This document shows positions 20,338 to 30,602 of a stretch of 64,000 bases of DNA, one piece after another (position 1 is the first letter of the stretch; the number at the start of each line of letters is the position of its first letter). The position numbers and the translations under genes are program-made. Below the pieces are notes generated by a model. The model had not been told where the DNA came from and searched no databases. It saw only the letters and a program-made list of their open reading frames with translations. The DNA is from Phycisphaeraceae bacterium (GTDB taxonomy: Bacteria > Planctomycetota > Phycisphaerae > Phycisphaerales > Phycisphaeraceae): contig OY771506.1 in the NCBI GenBank assembly GCA_963674705.1, forward strand, positions 3,520,001 to 3,584,000, read 5' to 3'.

Positions 20338-21285
20338 ATGCGAGAGCTGGAACTACTAGCCCATGTGTATAAGGCCAATCCCGATTTGCCGGGATCGGTA
20401 TCGATCCCGCCGGGTGATGATATGGGCGCGATTGAGGTCGGCGGGACGATGCTGCTGGTGACTGTAGACCAGGTCGCGGATGGTGTGCATTTTGATCTGA
20501 CCGATACGCCACGGGAGAAGATCGGCCGCAAGTCGATCACACGGAACCTGTCAGATGTCGCGGCGATGGCGGCCAAACCTGTCGGGGCGGTGGCGGCGGC
20601 GTGCTTGCCTAAAGGCTATGGTGAGGGGCGAGCCAAGGCGCTGTTTGATGCGATGCGACGCACGGCCGAAGCGTATGGATGCCCGTTGATCGGCGGGGAC
20701 ATATCCACATGGGATCAAAGATTGATCCTTACCGTGACGGTCTTTGCTGAGCCGGCCGGTATAGAGCCGGTTTTACGCAACGGGGCTAAAATCGGTGACA
20801 CTGTATACGTCACCGGCACGTTGGGCGGCAGCATCGAAAAGCTGTCGGAGCGGGATGGATACGTGCATCATCTGGACTTTGAGCCGCGTATCGATCTGGC
20901 CCGGAAACTGGCGGGTGATCCTGCGACTCGGCCCACCGCGATGCTCGATCTGAGTGACGGCTTAGCCCAGGACCTGACGCGTATTTGCGAGCGGTCGAAT
21001 GTTGGCGGGCGTATCGAAGTTGATCGATTGCCGATCAGCCAGGCAGCACTTACTGCCGCGAAGAAGTCAGGCAAGCCCGCCTGGCATCATGCGCTTGGTG
21101 ATGGTGAGGATTACGAATTGTGTTTCACCGTATCAACGCAGAACATGCCCAGCCGGATCGATGGTGTGCCCATCAGTGCGGTGGGTAAGATCGTCGAGAA
21201 GAAATCGGGGCCGGCAATAAAAGCAGTGTTGGCAAGCGGTGAGCAGGTCGATATTCAGGACATGGGCTGGGAGCACAGGGATTGA
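20338..21285 (+). CDS. thiL: thiamine-monophosphate kinase
   Basis: GDD, NLSDVAAM, IGGD, DLSDGL, GEDYEL motifs. Confidence 0.95.
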   Translation: MRELELLAHVYKANPDLPGSVSIPPGDDMGAIEVGGTMLLVTVDQVADGVHFDLTDTPREKIGRKSITRNLSDVAAMAAKPVGAVAAACLPKGYGEGRAKALFDAMRRTAEAYGCPLIGGDISTWDQRLILTVTVFAEPAGIEPVLRNGAKIGDTVYVTGTLGGSIEKLSERDGYVHHLDFEPRIDLARKLAGDPATRPTAMLDLSDGLAQDLTRICERSNVGGRIEVDRLPISQAALTAAKKSGKPAWHHALGDGEDYELCFTVSTQNMPSRIDGVPISAVGKIVEKKSGPAIKAVLASGEQVDIQDMGWEHRD

Positions 21286-21806
21286 CGGACGGACAAGCAA
21301 TTATCGAGATCGAATCGCACAGCGTTGAGCAGACGATGGCGATCGGGAAAGCGGTCGCCGAGCAGGCACAGCCGGGCGATCTTGTTGCGTTGATCGGCGA
21401 ACTGGGCGCAGGCAAGACGCAGTTTGTCCGTGGCATGGCTATGGGTCTGAACATTGACCCCTCTCGCGTTTCCAGCCCGACATTCGTCTTCCTGCAGGAG
21501 TACGATTCGACTGATGCGGACGCTCCCGTACTCGCGCACGTCGATGCTTATCGTTTATCCGGCAGCGATGATCTTGCTACGATCGGCTGGGAGGGTGATG
21601 GTGAAGAGCTTAGAAGTGGGGCGATACTGGTTGTCGAGTGGGCCGACCGGATACCGGATGCCTTAGGTAACGACTATCTCGAGGTTCGTATTACGCATGA
21701 CGGTGACGGCAGAACACTAACATTCAGGTCCTTCGGCAAGTGGGATGCACACATGCAAGAACTGCGTCAAGATTTCATAGCTACGATACAGTCGTGTACG
21801 GAGTAA
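21282..21806 (+). CDS. tsaE: tRNA threonylcarbamoyladenosine biosynthesis ATPase
   Basis: GELGAGKT, SSPTF, HVDAYRL, VEWAD motifs. Confidence 0.95.
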   Translation: MTDGQAIIEIESHSVEQTMAIGKAVAEQAQPGDLVALIGELGAGKTQFVRGMAMGLNIDPSRVSSPTFVFLQEYDSTDADAPVLAHVDAYRLSGSDDLATIGWEGDGEELRSGAILVVEWADRIPDALGNDYLEVRITHDGDGRTLTFRSFGKWDAHMQELRQDFIATIQSCTE

Positions 21807-21817
21807 CGAGGATCAAG

Positions 21818-22000
21818 ATGGCTGAAGCGGATAAGTCCAAGAATGTATGCCCAATCTGCAAAGCGCCGGTCAAGGACGACAGCCCGACGTTCCCGTTTTG
21901 CAGCGATCGTTGCAAGAAGGTTGATCTTGGCCGATGGTTTGACGGTAAATATTTGATAAGCCGCGCGGTTGAAGAGAGCGACCTGGATGAGGGGGAGTGA
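21818..22000 (+). CDS. yacG: DNA gyrase inhibitor YacG
   Basis: CPIC...FPFCSDRCKKVDLGRW; ATG at 21818 with GAGG RBS. Confidence 0.93.
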   Translation: MAEADKSKNVCPICKAPVKDDSPTFPFCSDRCKKVDLGRWFDGKYLISRAVEESDLDEGE

Positions 22001-22004
22001 CGCA

Positions 22005-22083
22005 TTGCTAATCGCGAATGTTTAATCGCTAATCTGAAGTAGACGCGCGAACTCACATCAGCGATTAACGATTAGCGATTAGA
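22005..22083. repeat. inverted heptamer tandem repeats (ctaatcg / cgattag)
   Basis: gctaatcgc...taatcgctaatc versus gcgattaacgattagcgattag between convergent yacG and fur. Confidence 0.65.
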
Positions 22084-22085
22084 CA

Positions 22086-22577
22086 TTAAATATCTTCTTC
22101 CGCCTGTTCCGCTTGCTGGGCTTCGGGGCTGATACCGTAGATGACGAAGCGGTGGCTGACGGGCTCAAAGCCGTGCTGTTTGCAGAGCTGGTCGCGCAGC
22201 TTGGTTAATTCGTTAGCAGAGAATTCGATGATCTGGTTGGTCTCGACGCAGACAAGGTGGCCCATCGGTTCTTTGCCGAAGGAAAGCCGGTAGTGGGCCT
22301 GGCGTGAGTCGATCAGGACCTCGGCGATGATATTGGCTTCAAGCAGGTGCTTGAGCGTGCGGTAGATGGTGGCTTTGCTGACGCGGTGATCGGCTTCGCG
22401 CATCTCCTGGAGCAGTTCGTCGGCTTCGAATACGCCGGATTTGGAGAGCACGGCGTCCAGGATCAGGGCACGTTCGGTGGTGAATTTGAGACCTTGCCGT
22501 TTGAGGAAACGGCGGAAGATCGCACACATCGGCATGATCATCTGATCTTCTTGCGGAGCGTTCTTGGCTTTGCTCAT
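22086..22577 (-). CDS. fur: Fur-family transcriptional regulator
   Basis: TTERALIL, VSKATIYRTL, HLVC, HRFVIYG motifs. Confidence 0.9.
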   Translation of the reverse strand: MSKAKNAPQEDQMIMPMCAIFRRFLKRQGLKFTTERALILDAVLSKSGVFEADELLQEMREADHRVSKATIYRTLKHLLEANIIAEVLIDSRQAHYRLSFGKEPMGHLVCVETNQIIEFSANELTKLRDQLCKQHGFEPVSHRFVIYGISPEAQQAEQAEEDI

Positions 22578-22693
22578 AGGTGTATTGTAGCCGAGGCGAA
22601 CCGGCCCGCACAGCCGGGCTGGCTGAAGTGTTGACTCGCTGGTATCTTGCCCTGTCCTGAAGCTCTAGGATTCATTTTTAAGGGAGACTTGCC

Positions 22694-24013
22694 GTGGCAG
22701 ATTCGGCAATCATCGTAGGTTTGATCGGCTGTGGCACGGTTGGTGGGGGCGTGGCCAAGCTCATCAAAGGCCAAGCGGACCTGTACGCCAAACGTATCGG
22801 TAAACCGATTGTGCTGGGCCGTTTACTCGATAAAGAGAAAGACCGTGTCATCGCCTCCGGCCTGGTCGATGCGGATATCGTCACCGATGATGTTGATGCA
22901 TTCTTCGATACACCTGGCATGTCGATCGTGATCGAACTGGCAGGTGGGACCGGCGCTGCAAGCACATTCGTCCGTCGGGCACTGGAATCCGGCAAGCATG
23001 TGGTGACGGCCAACAAGGCGCTGCTGGCGGAGCAGGGGCCGGAGTTGTTTGCGCTGGCGCGAAAGAACAATGTGAGCATCGCGTTTGAAGCGTCCTGCGG
23101 CGGGGGGATCCCCTGCGTGACGGCGATACAGTTCGGGTTGATGGCCAACCAGATCAATGCGCTTTACGGCATTCTGAACGGGACGTGCAACTACATCCTT
23201 ACGGAGATGACCGGTAAGGGCAAGACGTACGACTCAGCACTCGCCGATGCCCAGAAGCTTGGTTATGCCGAGGCCGATCCGACGCTGGACGTCACCGGCG
23301 GGGACACCGCCCACAAGATCGCGATCCTCGCGTCGTTGGGTTTTGGTGTGAAGATGACATGCGACCAGGTGCCTAACCGTGGGATAGATACACTCGACCT
23401 GAACGATCTGCGTTTCGGAGCCGAGTTGGGTTACGACATTAAGCTGCTAGCTATCGCGGAGCGTGAACCGGGGCAGGACGCGGTGAGTGTGGGAGTCGAG
23501 CCTTGCTTCATCTCCAAGAGTGAACTGCTGGCGCAGGTCGGTGGTGCGTTTAACGCGTTATCGGTGTGCGGCCACGCGGTGGGGCATACGCTTTACTACG
23601 GCCAGGGCGCCGGCCAGATGCCGACCGCCAGCGCGGTGGTTGCCGATGTGATGAACATCGCGGCGGGCTGGTACGGCCAGGCGTTTAACAGCATGAAACT
23701 TACGCCCGACACCCAGGAGCCCGTCAAGCTGGCTAATCCGGATGACCTGGTCAGCCGGTTCTATCTGCGTATCAACGGTCAGGATAAACCCGGTGTGATC
23801 GCGAAAGCGACCTCGGCTTTAGGGGATAAAGGCATCAGCCTTTCGGCAGTGTTGCAGCACGAAGCCGAAGACGGCAGCGAGACGGTTCCGATTGTTATCG
23901 TGACCCATGATGCAAAACGCGGCGATTTGCTTGAAGCTGTAGACCGTATCGCGTCGATGGATGTTATAGAAGATGATCCGGTCATTATTCGGATCGTAGA
24001 TATGCCCGGTTAA
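22694..24013 (+). CDS. hom: homoserine dehydrogenase (with ACT domain)
   Basis: GCGTVG, VVTANKA, EASCGGGIP, GILNGTCNYIL, GYAEADP; C-terminal ACT (DKPGVIA). Confidence 0.96.
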   Translation: MADSAIIVGLIGCGTVGGGVAKLIKGQADLYAKRIGKPIVLGRLLDKEKDRVIASGLVDADIVTDDVDAFFDTPGMSIVIELAGGTGAASTFVRRALESGKHVVTANKALLAEQGPELFALARKNNVSIAFEASCGGGIPCVTAIQFGLMANQINALYGILNGTCNYILTEMTGKGKTYDSALADAQKLGYAEADPTLDVTGGDTAHKIAILASLGFGVKMTCDQVPNRGIDTLDLNDLRFGAELGYDIKLLAIAEREPGQDAVSVGVEPCFISKSELLAQVGGAFNALSVCGHAVGHTLYYGQGAGQMPTASAVVADVMNIAAGWYGQAFNSMKLTPDTQEPVKLANPDDLVSRFYLRINGQDKPGVIAKATSALGDKGISLSAVLQHEAEDGSETVPIVIVTHDAKRGDLLEAVDRIASMDVIEDDPVIIRIVDMPG

Positions 24014-24429
24014 GACGAACACCGACTTGCCGGGGTAGAGCCATCGTGTGGCTTATACGGCTTTTGTGCCAGTGCGCACAGGAGGTCGGGAAGTTGACTG
24101 GAAAACGCGCCACGCGGCATGACACGGTCGGCTCCCACGCCAGCAGCGTCTTCCATACGCTGCACCTCGACATGTGGGGCGAACGCCAACACGCTTGGCG
24201 CTGCCTCATGTTGTCTGGCCAATTCAATCAATCCAATGGCCGCATCACCGATCGTCAGGTCCACGATGACGGCGGTGACGGGTTCGTTGGCTTTACCATC
24301 ATCCACCTGGTCCAGGCGCTTTTGAAGTGCCTCGGCGTCGCGCGCCGGTCGGCAGATCAGTCCGAGCGATTCGGCGGTCGAGTGGATCTTGGTCGCGAAT
24401 ATCAGGTCGTGGCAGCAGTAGACAATCAT
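24010..24429 (-). CDS. atypical single-domain receiver (response regulator-like) protein
   Basis: DLIFATKI, VIVDL, AFAPHV, GADRVMPRGAF pattern. Confidence 0.7.
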   Translation of the reverse strand: MIVYCCHDLIFATKIHSTAESLGLICRPARDAEALQKRLDQVDDGKANEPVTAVIVDLTIGDAAIGLIELARQHEAAPSVLAFAPHVEVQRMEDAAGVGADRVMPRGAFSSQLPDLLCALAQKPYKPHDGSTPASRCSS

Positions 24430-24495
24430 GAAAGCATCATAGCAGTCGTGTTTATGTGAGCGAGTGATTTGCACAACTAAAGTGAGTTCCGTGTT

Positions 24496-25821
24496 ATGAA
24501 TCGAGCACCCGAAATGACCGCATACACAAGTGAATCCGTCCAGGCAGAGTTGGGTTTCCGATACGACCCGTCAGACCTGTATCAGCAGGTGATCGGGCTT
24601 GTGCTTAAGTCGGCAGAGATACTCGACCTGCCAAGGCACCTCCGGTTGATCATGGCACAGCCTAAGAATGAATTAATCGTTCACTTCCCGGTAAAGATGG
24701 ACGACGGCAGATTCCATCTGTTCAAGGGTTACCGCGTTCAACACAACAACATCCTCGGGCCATACAAGGGTGGTATTCGCTACCACGAGAGTGTGAGTCT
24801 GGATCACGTCAAGTCGTTGGCGGTGCTGATGACGATGAAGTCTGCGCTGGTGCATCTGCCGTTTGGGGGAGCGAAGGGCGGGGTGCAGGTCAATCCCCGT
24901 GAACTGTCGCAGGATGAATTAATGCGTCTGACCCGACGGTTTACCAGTACGATCGGTGACAACATCGGGCCCGACCATGATATCCCCGCGCCGGATGTGG
25001 GCACCAACGCACAAATCATGGCATGGATGGCGGATACGTTCATCAACTTCGTCCCCGGCACGCAACGCTGGACCGGCCAGGCGGTTGTCACGGGTAAACC
25101 GCTGGAGTTTGGCGGCTCGCAAGGCCGTGAAAAGGCGACCGGCCAGGGCTTGGTGTTCGTGCTTGAAGAACTGCTGCCCGAGATGGGGATGCGCTTCGAC
25201 CAGGTCAGCTACAGTCTGATCGGCTACGGCAACGTCGGTTCCTGGACCGCCCGACTGATGCAGGACCACAACGCCAAGCTTAAGGCTGTCATGGACCATA
25301 CCGGTTCGATACGTAATGACAAAGGCATTGATGCGCTCGCGCTGGCGCAGTATGTCCTGGTTGCAGGTGGTGTTGCGGGGTATCCGGAGGCCGAAGCGAT
25401 CAGTGAGGAACAGTTCTACAGAACCCAGGTAGACCTATTCATCCCCGCAGCTTTGGAACAGATGCTCGATGTTGAAAACGCGCAGATGGTGGACTGCAAG
25501 GCCGTTGTGGAAGGTGCAAATGCACCAACGACCCCGATGGGGCAGCAGGTCCTGGCCGACCGTGGTATCGAGGTGCTCCCGGCGGTTTTGTGTAACTGTG
25601 GCGGTGTGACCGTCAGTTACATGGAATGGAAACAGAACCGTGCGGCGGAATCGTGGAGCGAGGAAAAGGTAGATCGTCACCTGCGTGAACATATGGTTGC
25701 GGCAGCCAACCGTGTGAAACTTGCTGCACATCGTTACAGTTGCGACATGCGGACCGCAACGTATTGCGCGGCGCTTGAATACATCGGCAAGGTGTATCAG
25801 ATCAGGGGTATTTTCCCGTAA
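24496..25821 (+). CDS. gdhA: Glu/Leu/Phe/Val dehydrogenase (glutamate dehydrogenase)
   Basis: GPYKGGIRY, LPFGGAKGG, DIPAPD, GYGNVG, EGANAP, GGVTVSYMEW. Confidence 0.93.
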   Translation: MNRAPEMTAYTSESVQAELGFRYDPSDLYQQVIGLVLKSAEILDLPRHLRLIMAQPKNELIVHFPVKMDDGRFHLFKGYRVQHNNILGPYKGGIRYHESVSLDHVKSLAVLMTMKSALVHLPFGGAKGGVQVNPRELSQDELMRLTRRFTSTIGDNIGPDHDIPAPDVGTNAQIMAWMADTFINFVPGTQRWTGQAVVTGKPLEFGGSQGREKATGQGLVFVLEELLPEMGMRFDQVSYSLIGYGNVGSWTARLMQDHNAKLKAVMDHTGSIRNDKGIDALALAQYVLVAGGVAGYPEAEAISEEQFYRTQVDLFIPAALEQMLDVENAQMVDCKAVVEGANAPTTPMGQQVLADRGIEVLPAVLCNCGGVTVSYMEWKQNRAAESWSEEKVDRHLREHMVAAANRVKLAAHRYSCDMRTATYCAALEYIGKVYQIRGIFP

Positions 25822-25836
25822 AATGCCGCTTGCGGC

Positions 25837-26472
25837 TTATCGATACAGTTCGTGTTCATGGATGTACTGTTCGACCTTGGGATGTACCAATCCCGCGATG
25901 GATTCACCTCGCGCGATGCGCTGCCGCACCTCGGTCGAACTGATATCCATGGCCGGCACATCCACTAGCCTTGAAGCCCATTCGATTCGCGCTTGTTCAT
26001 CGGGTAGTGATGCCAGCAGTGATTCCCGTGTGTCGGGAGGGCGGACCATAACGATCGGTTGCGCCAATTCGATGATGCGCTGCGGTTCGCGCCATTGATC
26101 GAAGATCCTTACTTGATCTGCACCGATCAAAAGGTTTAGCTTGACTTCATTTCCCAATCGAGTCCGCAGAACTGCGAGTGTGTCTACCGTGTAACTCGGG
26201 TCGCCCGTTGCTCCACGATCTAATTCATCTGTGAAAACTTCCGCATGCTCCACGTTTTCGAGCGCCAGCCTGAGCATTGCTAAGCGGTGGACTGGATCGG
26301 TCTGGACTTTATCGAGTTTATGCGGAGCTTTTGCGGCCGGGATGTAGGCGACGATATCCGCGCCCACCGCTTCTCGTGCGGCCATCGGCAGCATTACATG
26401 CGCCACGTGAGGTGGATCGAAGCTGCCGCCGAAGAGGATGATATGCCTGGGGTGCAAGGGATATAGGCTCAA
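25837..26472 (-). CDS. nadD: nicotinate-nucleotide adenylyltransferase
   Basis: FGGSFDPPHVAH, SYTVDTL, LIGAD, ISSTEVR motifs. Confidence 0.95.
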   Translation of the reverse strand: MSLYPLHPRHIILFGGSFDPPHVAHVMLPMAAREAVGADIVAYIPAAKAPHKLDKVQTDPVHRLAMLRLALENVEHAEVFTDELDRGATGDPSYTVDTLAVLRTRLGNEVKLNLLIGADQVRIFDQWREPQRIIELAQPIVMVRPPDTRESLLASLPDEQARIEWASRLVDVPAMDISSTEVRQRIARGESIAGLVHPKVEQYIHEHELYR

Positions 26473-27539
26473 GGTACGGGGTTCAAGGGAACATTGTTCT
26501 TGCTGCTATCTAGAAACAGTTCGTCGAGTATATCCCATTCTTCGGGCTGCATCTCCCATTCACTGTAGATCGCGATTCCCCGGTAATTGTCCGGCAAGGT
26601 ATCGAACTTCATCAGTCCGTCGTGTATCCCGGATAATCCATTACGCAGATTTTCTACAGCGGGGTCGTGATATTCGACATCAGCATCGTCGTAGGCAGGC
26701 AGGCCCAGGAGCACATCCGTATTGCCCGACCACTCAAGGACCTCTCGCGTCCATGCACTCATCAGGGATCGATAAAACTTGGCATTTGTCAGTGAGGTGT
26801 CATACATCATCACGACGAGTTGATCCGCGTGTGAGGCGACTTCATTGAAGTAGGTTTCTTCCCAATGCACCTCCGGATAAGGGTGCCAGCGGGTAGGTGG
26901 GGGATAGGCGGCGACTGACAGAATCTCATCTGGCTTGAGTTGTGCGCGCAGTTCTTCCAGTAGCGTGATAAAGTCCCGGTTCCCACTTGGGCATGGTTCG
27001 ATATTGATGTGGATTCCGGCAAATTCAGGGTAGTTATCCAGTAATTCGCGGATAGTAATGCAGAAGTTTTGACGCCACGCTTCTTTTTCAGGGAATGCCT
27101 GGACACCCCATGCGCCGCCGATCCAAGGCATTACACGAAAGCCTTCAAATTCGTTAAGAAACAATACCGTCTGGTCTTGATCGATCGGTGGCAGTCGGCC
27201 GTCACTTTCGGTTGGTGCGACGTGGGGATAGACATCTGTGAAGTGCTTTTCTCGCAGTTGTTCGGCAAGTTTTCGGATATGTGTCTTGTCGCGGAACTCG
27301 GGGATGCGGTCGGTTTTGTTGTACTTCTCAAACCAGCCGGCATCGCCTAACCAGCCGTGTTGAAGCCAGATGCCATTGTGGTTTTTGTCGTGTCGGCCGT
27401 CGGTAACGGTGGCTCCGGGTGACCAGAGCAGATAGCCCAAGCCCGCAATCAAAAGAAGCAAAGAGGCCGGCACAAGCGTCCGCCATGGCGGTTTTCTTAG
27501 CCTGCTGATTATCGAGTTTGTTGCAGGTTTATCACTCAT
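26469..27539 (-). CDS. membrane-anchored GH18-like TIM-barrel protein
   Basis: N-terminal TM helix; GIHINIE (degenerate DxDxE), VMMYD, LLGLPAY motifs. Confidence 0.65.
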   Translation of the reverse strand: MSDKPATNSIISRLRKPPWRTLVPASLLLLIAGLGYLLWSPGATVTDGRHDKNHNGIWLQHGWLGDAGWFEKYNKTDRIPEFRDKTHIRKLAEQLREKHFTDVYPHVAPTESDGRLPPIDQDQTVLFLNEFEGFRVMPWIGGAWGVQAFPEKEAWRQNFCITIRELLDNYPEFAGIHINIEPCPSGNRDFITLLEELRAQLKPDEILSVAAYPPPTRWHPYPEVHWEETYFNEVASHADQLVVMMYDTSLTNAKFYRSLMSAWTREVLEWSGNTDVLLGLPAYDDADVEYHDPAVENLRNGLSGIHDGLMKFDTLPDNYRGIAIYSEWEMQPEEWDILDELFLDSSKNNVPLNPVP

Positions 27540-28531
27540 GGGTTGACTTGGTTCACCGGCTTATCTTCGACGAATGCCCTCAGATTGTCCGCGGCGATCT
27601 GCATCAGGCGGTGTCGAGGCTCGACGGCGGCCCAGGCGTTGTGGGGGGTGATGATGCAATTGGGGGCGCTGAGCAGGGGATTATCCGATGCGGGGGGCTC
27701 GGTACTCAAGACATCAACCGCTGCCCCGGCGATCAGGTTGTTACTCAAGGCTTCAGCTACCGCTTGTTCATCCAGCAATGGGCCTCGGCCGGTGTTAATC
27801 AGGTAGGCCGATGGTTTCATCTGTTTGAGCCGATCGGCGTTGACCATGTGTTTGGTCTGCTCGGTCAGCGGGGCATGGAGCGTGATGACATCGGATTGCT
27901 TGAATAGATCCTCGATGTCGACCCATTCAGCGGGTACCTCAAGCTCTCGCTTTGTTCGGCTGTGGATCAGCAGTTTCATGTCTAGAGCGTGGCCGATCTT
28001 CGCAACGCGTTGCCCAATGTCCCCGGCCCCGACGATCCCCAGCGTCTTGCCGGCCAGTTCGTAGATCGGCCCAAGCGTGAAGCTGAAGTCCGGACAGTTG
28101 ACCCATCCGTTCAAGCCTGTGCCGTGCACCGCCCGGTCATGTTCAGCCACACGGTTCGTCAGTTCGAGCAGGAGAGCGAAGACATGCTGAGCCACGGCCG
28201 CGCCGCTATAACCGGGCACATTTGTCACTACCACACCGGCTTTTCTCGCCGCTTCCAGGTCCACCACGTTCACCCCCGTCGCCAGCACACCGATGTACTT
28301 CAATTCGGGTAATTGTGCGATCGTTTCGGCGGTCAGTGGGGTCTTGTTCGTCAGCAGGATCGGTACGTTTTTTGACCGTTCTAGAATCTTGTCATTGGGG
28401 GTGCGATCATAAACCGTCAGGTCACCCAGTGCAGCGACAGGCTTCCAATCAGGCTCATCCTTTGGGATTAGTTTGCTGGGCTCGGCGCGGGTGAGTGTGT
28501 AGCCATCGAGAACGACAATTTTTTGCGGCAT
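27536..28531 (-). CDS. D-2-hydroxyacid dehydrogenase (glycerate dehydrogenase-like)
   Basis: GAGDIG, LHAPLT, INTGRG, DVLSTEP, TPHNAW. Confidence 0.93.
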   Translation of the reverse strand: MPQKIVVLDGYTLTRAEPSKLIPKDEPDWKPVAALGDLTVYDRTPNDKILERSKNVPILLTNKTPLTAETIAQLPELKYIGVLATGVNVVDLEAARKAGVVVTNVPGYSGAAVAQHVFALLLELTNRVAEHDRAVHGTGLNGWVNCPDFSFTLGPIYELAGKTLGIVGAGDIGQRVAKIGHALDMKLLIHSRTKRELEVPAEWVDIEDLFKQSDVITLHAPLTEQTKHMVNADRLKQMKPSAYLINTGRGPLLDEQAVAEALSNNLIAGAAVDVLSTEPPASDNPLLSAPNCIITPHNAWAAVEPRHRLMQIAADNLRAFVEDKPVNQVNP

Positions 28532-28557
28532 TTCAGTCTCCAAAACGCACATATTAT

Positions 28558-29127
28558 TTAAAGTATGCCGATTTCACGCTTGATCTGCGACCAGCGCGGT
28601 TCCTGGCTCTCGTCGAGGATAACGGGTTTGAAGCCTAGCCGCAGGTAGGTCTTGATCGCAGCCAGGCGAAAATCTTCGGTGTTCAGGAACATGTATTGAT
28701 GACCCTCGTCCCTAGCGTATTGCATGACCGCAAGGCTGACCACGTATGCCAGGCCGCGGCCGCGATGTTCCGGAGCGGCGCAAACCCAGCCAAGTTTTGA
28801 AAACGTTCCTGTTGCATCTTTGTAAGCGTATGCGTTGGCTGCTGCGATCGGCTGATCATCCAATGTCGCGAACCAGATACTTTCACGAGGCAATGGATCA
28901 TTTTCATCCTGAAGCATGCGATTGAGCCTGTCTCGGTTCCAATCCCCAAAGTCCGACACGTTGAGAATGGACAGCCATGCCTGCTCATCCCCTTCGCGGT
29001 AGGGTCGTAAGCCATAGCCATCTAACACCCTTTGCTTGGGTAGATCTGATAGCCCGTCCCGGCGCATCCGCAGCTTGCTGACGCCAGATTCGAGCCATAG
29101 TTCCCACGTGAGTTGATAGGGCTGCAT
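28558..29127 (-). CDS. GNAT-family N-acetyltransferase
   Basis: PEHRGRGLA acetyl-CoA motif, AIKTYLRLGF; ATG at 29127. Confidence 0.88.
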   Translation of the reverse strand: MQPYQLTWELWLESGVSKLRMRRDGLSDLPKQRVLDGYGLRPYREGDEQAWLSILNVSDFGDWNRDRLNRMLQDENDPLPRESIWFATLDDQPIAAANAYAYKDATGTFSKLGWVCAAPEHRGRGLAYVVSLAVMQYARDEGHQYMFLNTEDFRLAAIKTYLRLGFKPVILDESQEPRWSQIKREIGIL

Positions 29128-29258
29128 CGATACCTCGCCAGCGTGACAAAAACAGTCGTGATCGTCTTCTAATCGAGATATTACTGTACCTGTACGCGTT
29201 CGGGCTGTCCGGAGCATCTGCTCTGGAAGCAATCGAGGGTTGGCCATATCATGCACAC

Positions 29259-29864
29259 ATGGCGATTTATCTTGATGACCAACCTGCGGACCTGGCCGGC
29301 GAAAGCCTGGCGGACATTCTGGCCTCGGCAACGGAGGGCCTGGCTGTGGACGGCCGGGTCGTGGTCGAAGTCCAAGTCGATGGGCAGCTCATCGGCGGAG
29401 ACGACCTGAGCGACCATGAGAACGACAATATCACCGACTCCGAGGTTCGCCTGACATCTGCCAACCCTAAAGAACTGGCTGTCTCGACCCTGACCCAGAT
29501 CCGTGAGCAGTTGCCACAGGTCGGGGCGCTGCACGAGCAGGCGGCCGAGGAGCTTCAGGCAGATAATCCCACTGAAGCGTTGCAACACATCGCCCAGACC
29601 ATCGAGATGTGGATGCAGACGCAGGAGGCCGTGCTGGGTTCGGCCGGTGTCGTCGGGCTTGGGCTGGATGATGTGAAAGTCAACGGCGAACCGATGTCCG
29701 GATTTACCGAAGAATTGATCCAGCAACTGCAAGGTCTCAAGGAATTGATCATCAGTAAAGACACCGTTGCGCTGGCGGATGCCATGGCCTACGAGTGGCC
29801 AGCCATCGTTCAGCGATGGGATGAACTGATTGAAGTATTGATTGATGAGATTGAAGGAAAGTAG
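29259..29864 (+). CDS. hypothetical protein (acidic, helical C-terminus)
   Basis: 201-aa ORF with coding-like composition; DTVALADAMAYE motif. Confidence 0.75.
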   Translation: MAIYLDDQPADLAGESLADILASATEGLAVDGRVVVEVQVDGQLIGGDDLSDHENDNITDSEVRLTSANPKELAVSTLTQIREQLPQVGALHEQAAEELQADNPTEALQHIAQTIEMWMQTQEAVLGSAGVVGLGLDDVKVNGEPMSGFTEELIQQLQGLKELIISKDTVALADAMAYEWPAIVQRWDELIEVLIDEIEGK

Positions 29865-29989
29865 AAGCAGGTATCACAGGGGATACAATCCCGATACCCG
29901 AAAACACCCGGCCCTTCGCTTCGCTCAGAACCGGCGTTGGCCCCCGGAAGTGCTAGACACCCAGACCCTAGACCCCAGACTCAACACCC

Positions 29990-30559
29990 ATGCCAAAACT
30001 AGATCATCCGACACTGCCGATCGTGAAAGAGAAGTTTGCTGACCGCAAGTTGTTTGCTACGGAATTTCGTGGGCAGACGACACTGATCGTGGACAAGGCC
30101 GACCTTCTGCATGTCATGGCGTTTCTGCGTCACGATGAGCGTTGCCAGTATGACTTCCTTTCGGATGTGACATGTGTTGATTACATGGACTATCCGGGCA
30201 ACGTGGAGACAGCGGAAGGTGCTCCGAGTGGGCGGTTCGGTGTGGTCTATAACCTGGTCAGCTACCCGAATAACACACGGCTGTTCGTAAAAGTCATGCT
30301 TGATCCGACGCTTGACACCAAGGGGATCGAGGATGATCCCGGCTTGCATCTACCAAGTATGTGTGGGATCTGGCCCGGCGCCGAGTGGACCGAGCGCGAG
30401 GTGTTCGACATGTTCGGCATCCGCTTTGATGAACACCCGGACCTGCGCCGCATCCTTCTCTGGGAAAGCTATCCCGCTCATCCGCTACGTAAGGATTATC
30501 CGGTCAAGGGCCGACAGGAGCGCGAAGAATACGTGGTGATCGACCGCGATAGCGCGTAG
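29990..30559 (+). CDS. nuoC: NADH-quinone oxidoreductase subunit C (orphan)
   Basis: LSDVTCVDY, EREVFDMFGI, HPDLRRIL, HPLRKDYP. Confidence 0.95.
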   Translation: MPKLDHPTLPIVKEKFADRKLFATEFRGQTTLIVDKADLLHVMAFLRHDERCQYDFLSDVTCVDYMDYPGNVETAEGAPSGRFGVVYNLVSYPNNTRLFVKVMLDPTLDTKGIEDDPGLHLPSMCGIWPGAEWTEREVFDMFGIRFDEHPDLRRILLWESYPAHPLRKDYPVKGRQEREEYVVIDRDSA

Positions 30560-30602
30560 TTTAGAGTAGTTGAGAAGTAGAACAGGAGATCAGTAGATTC
30601 TT

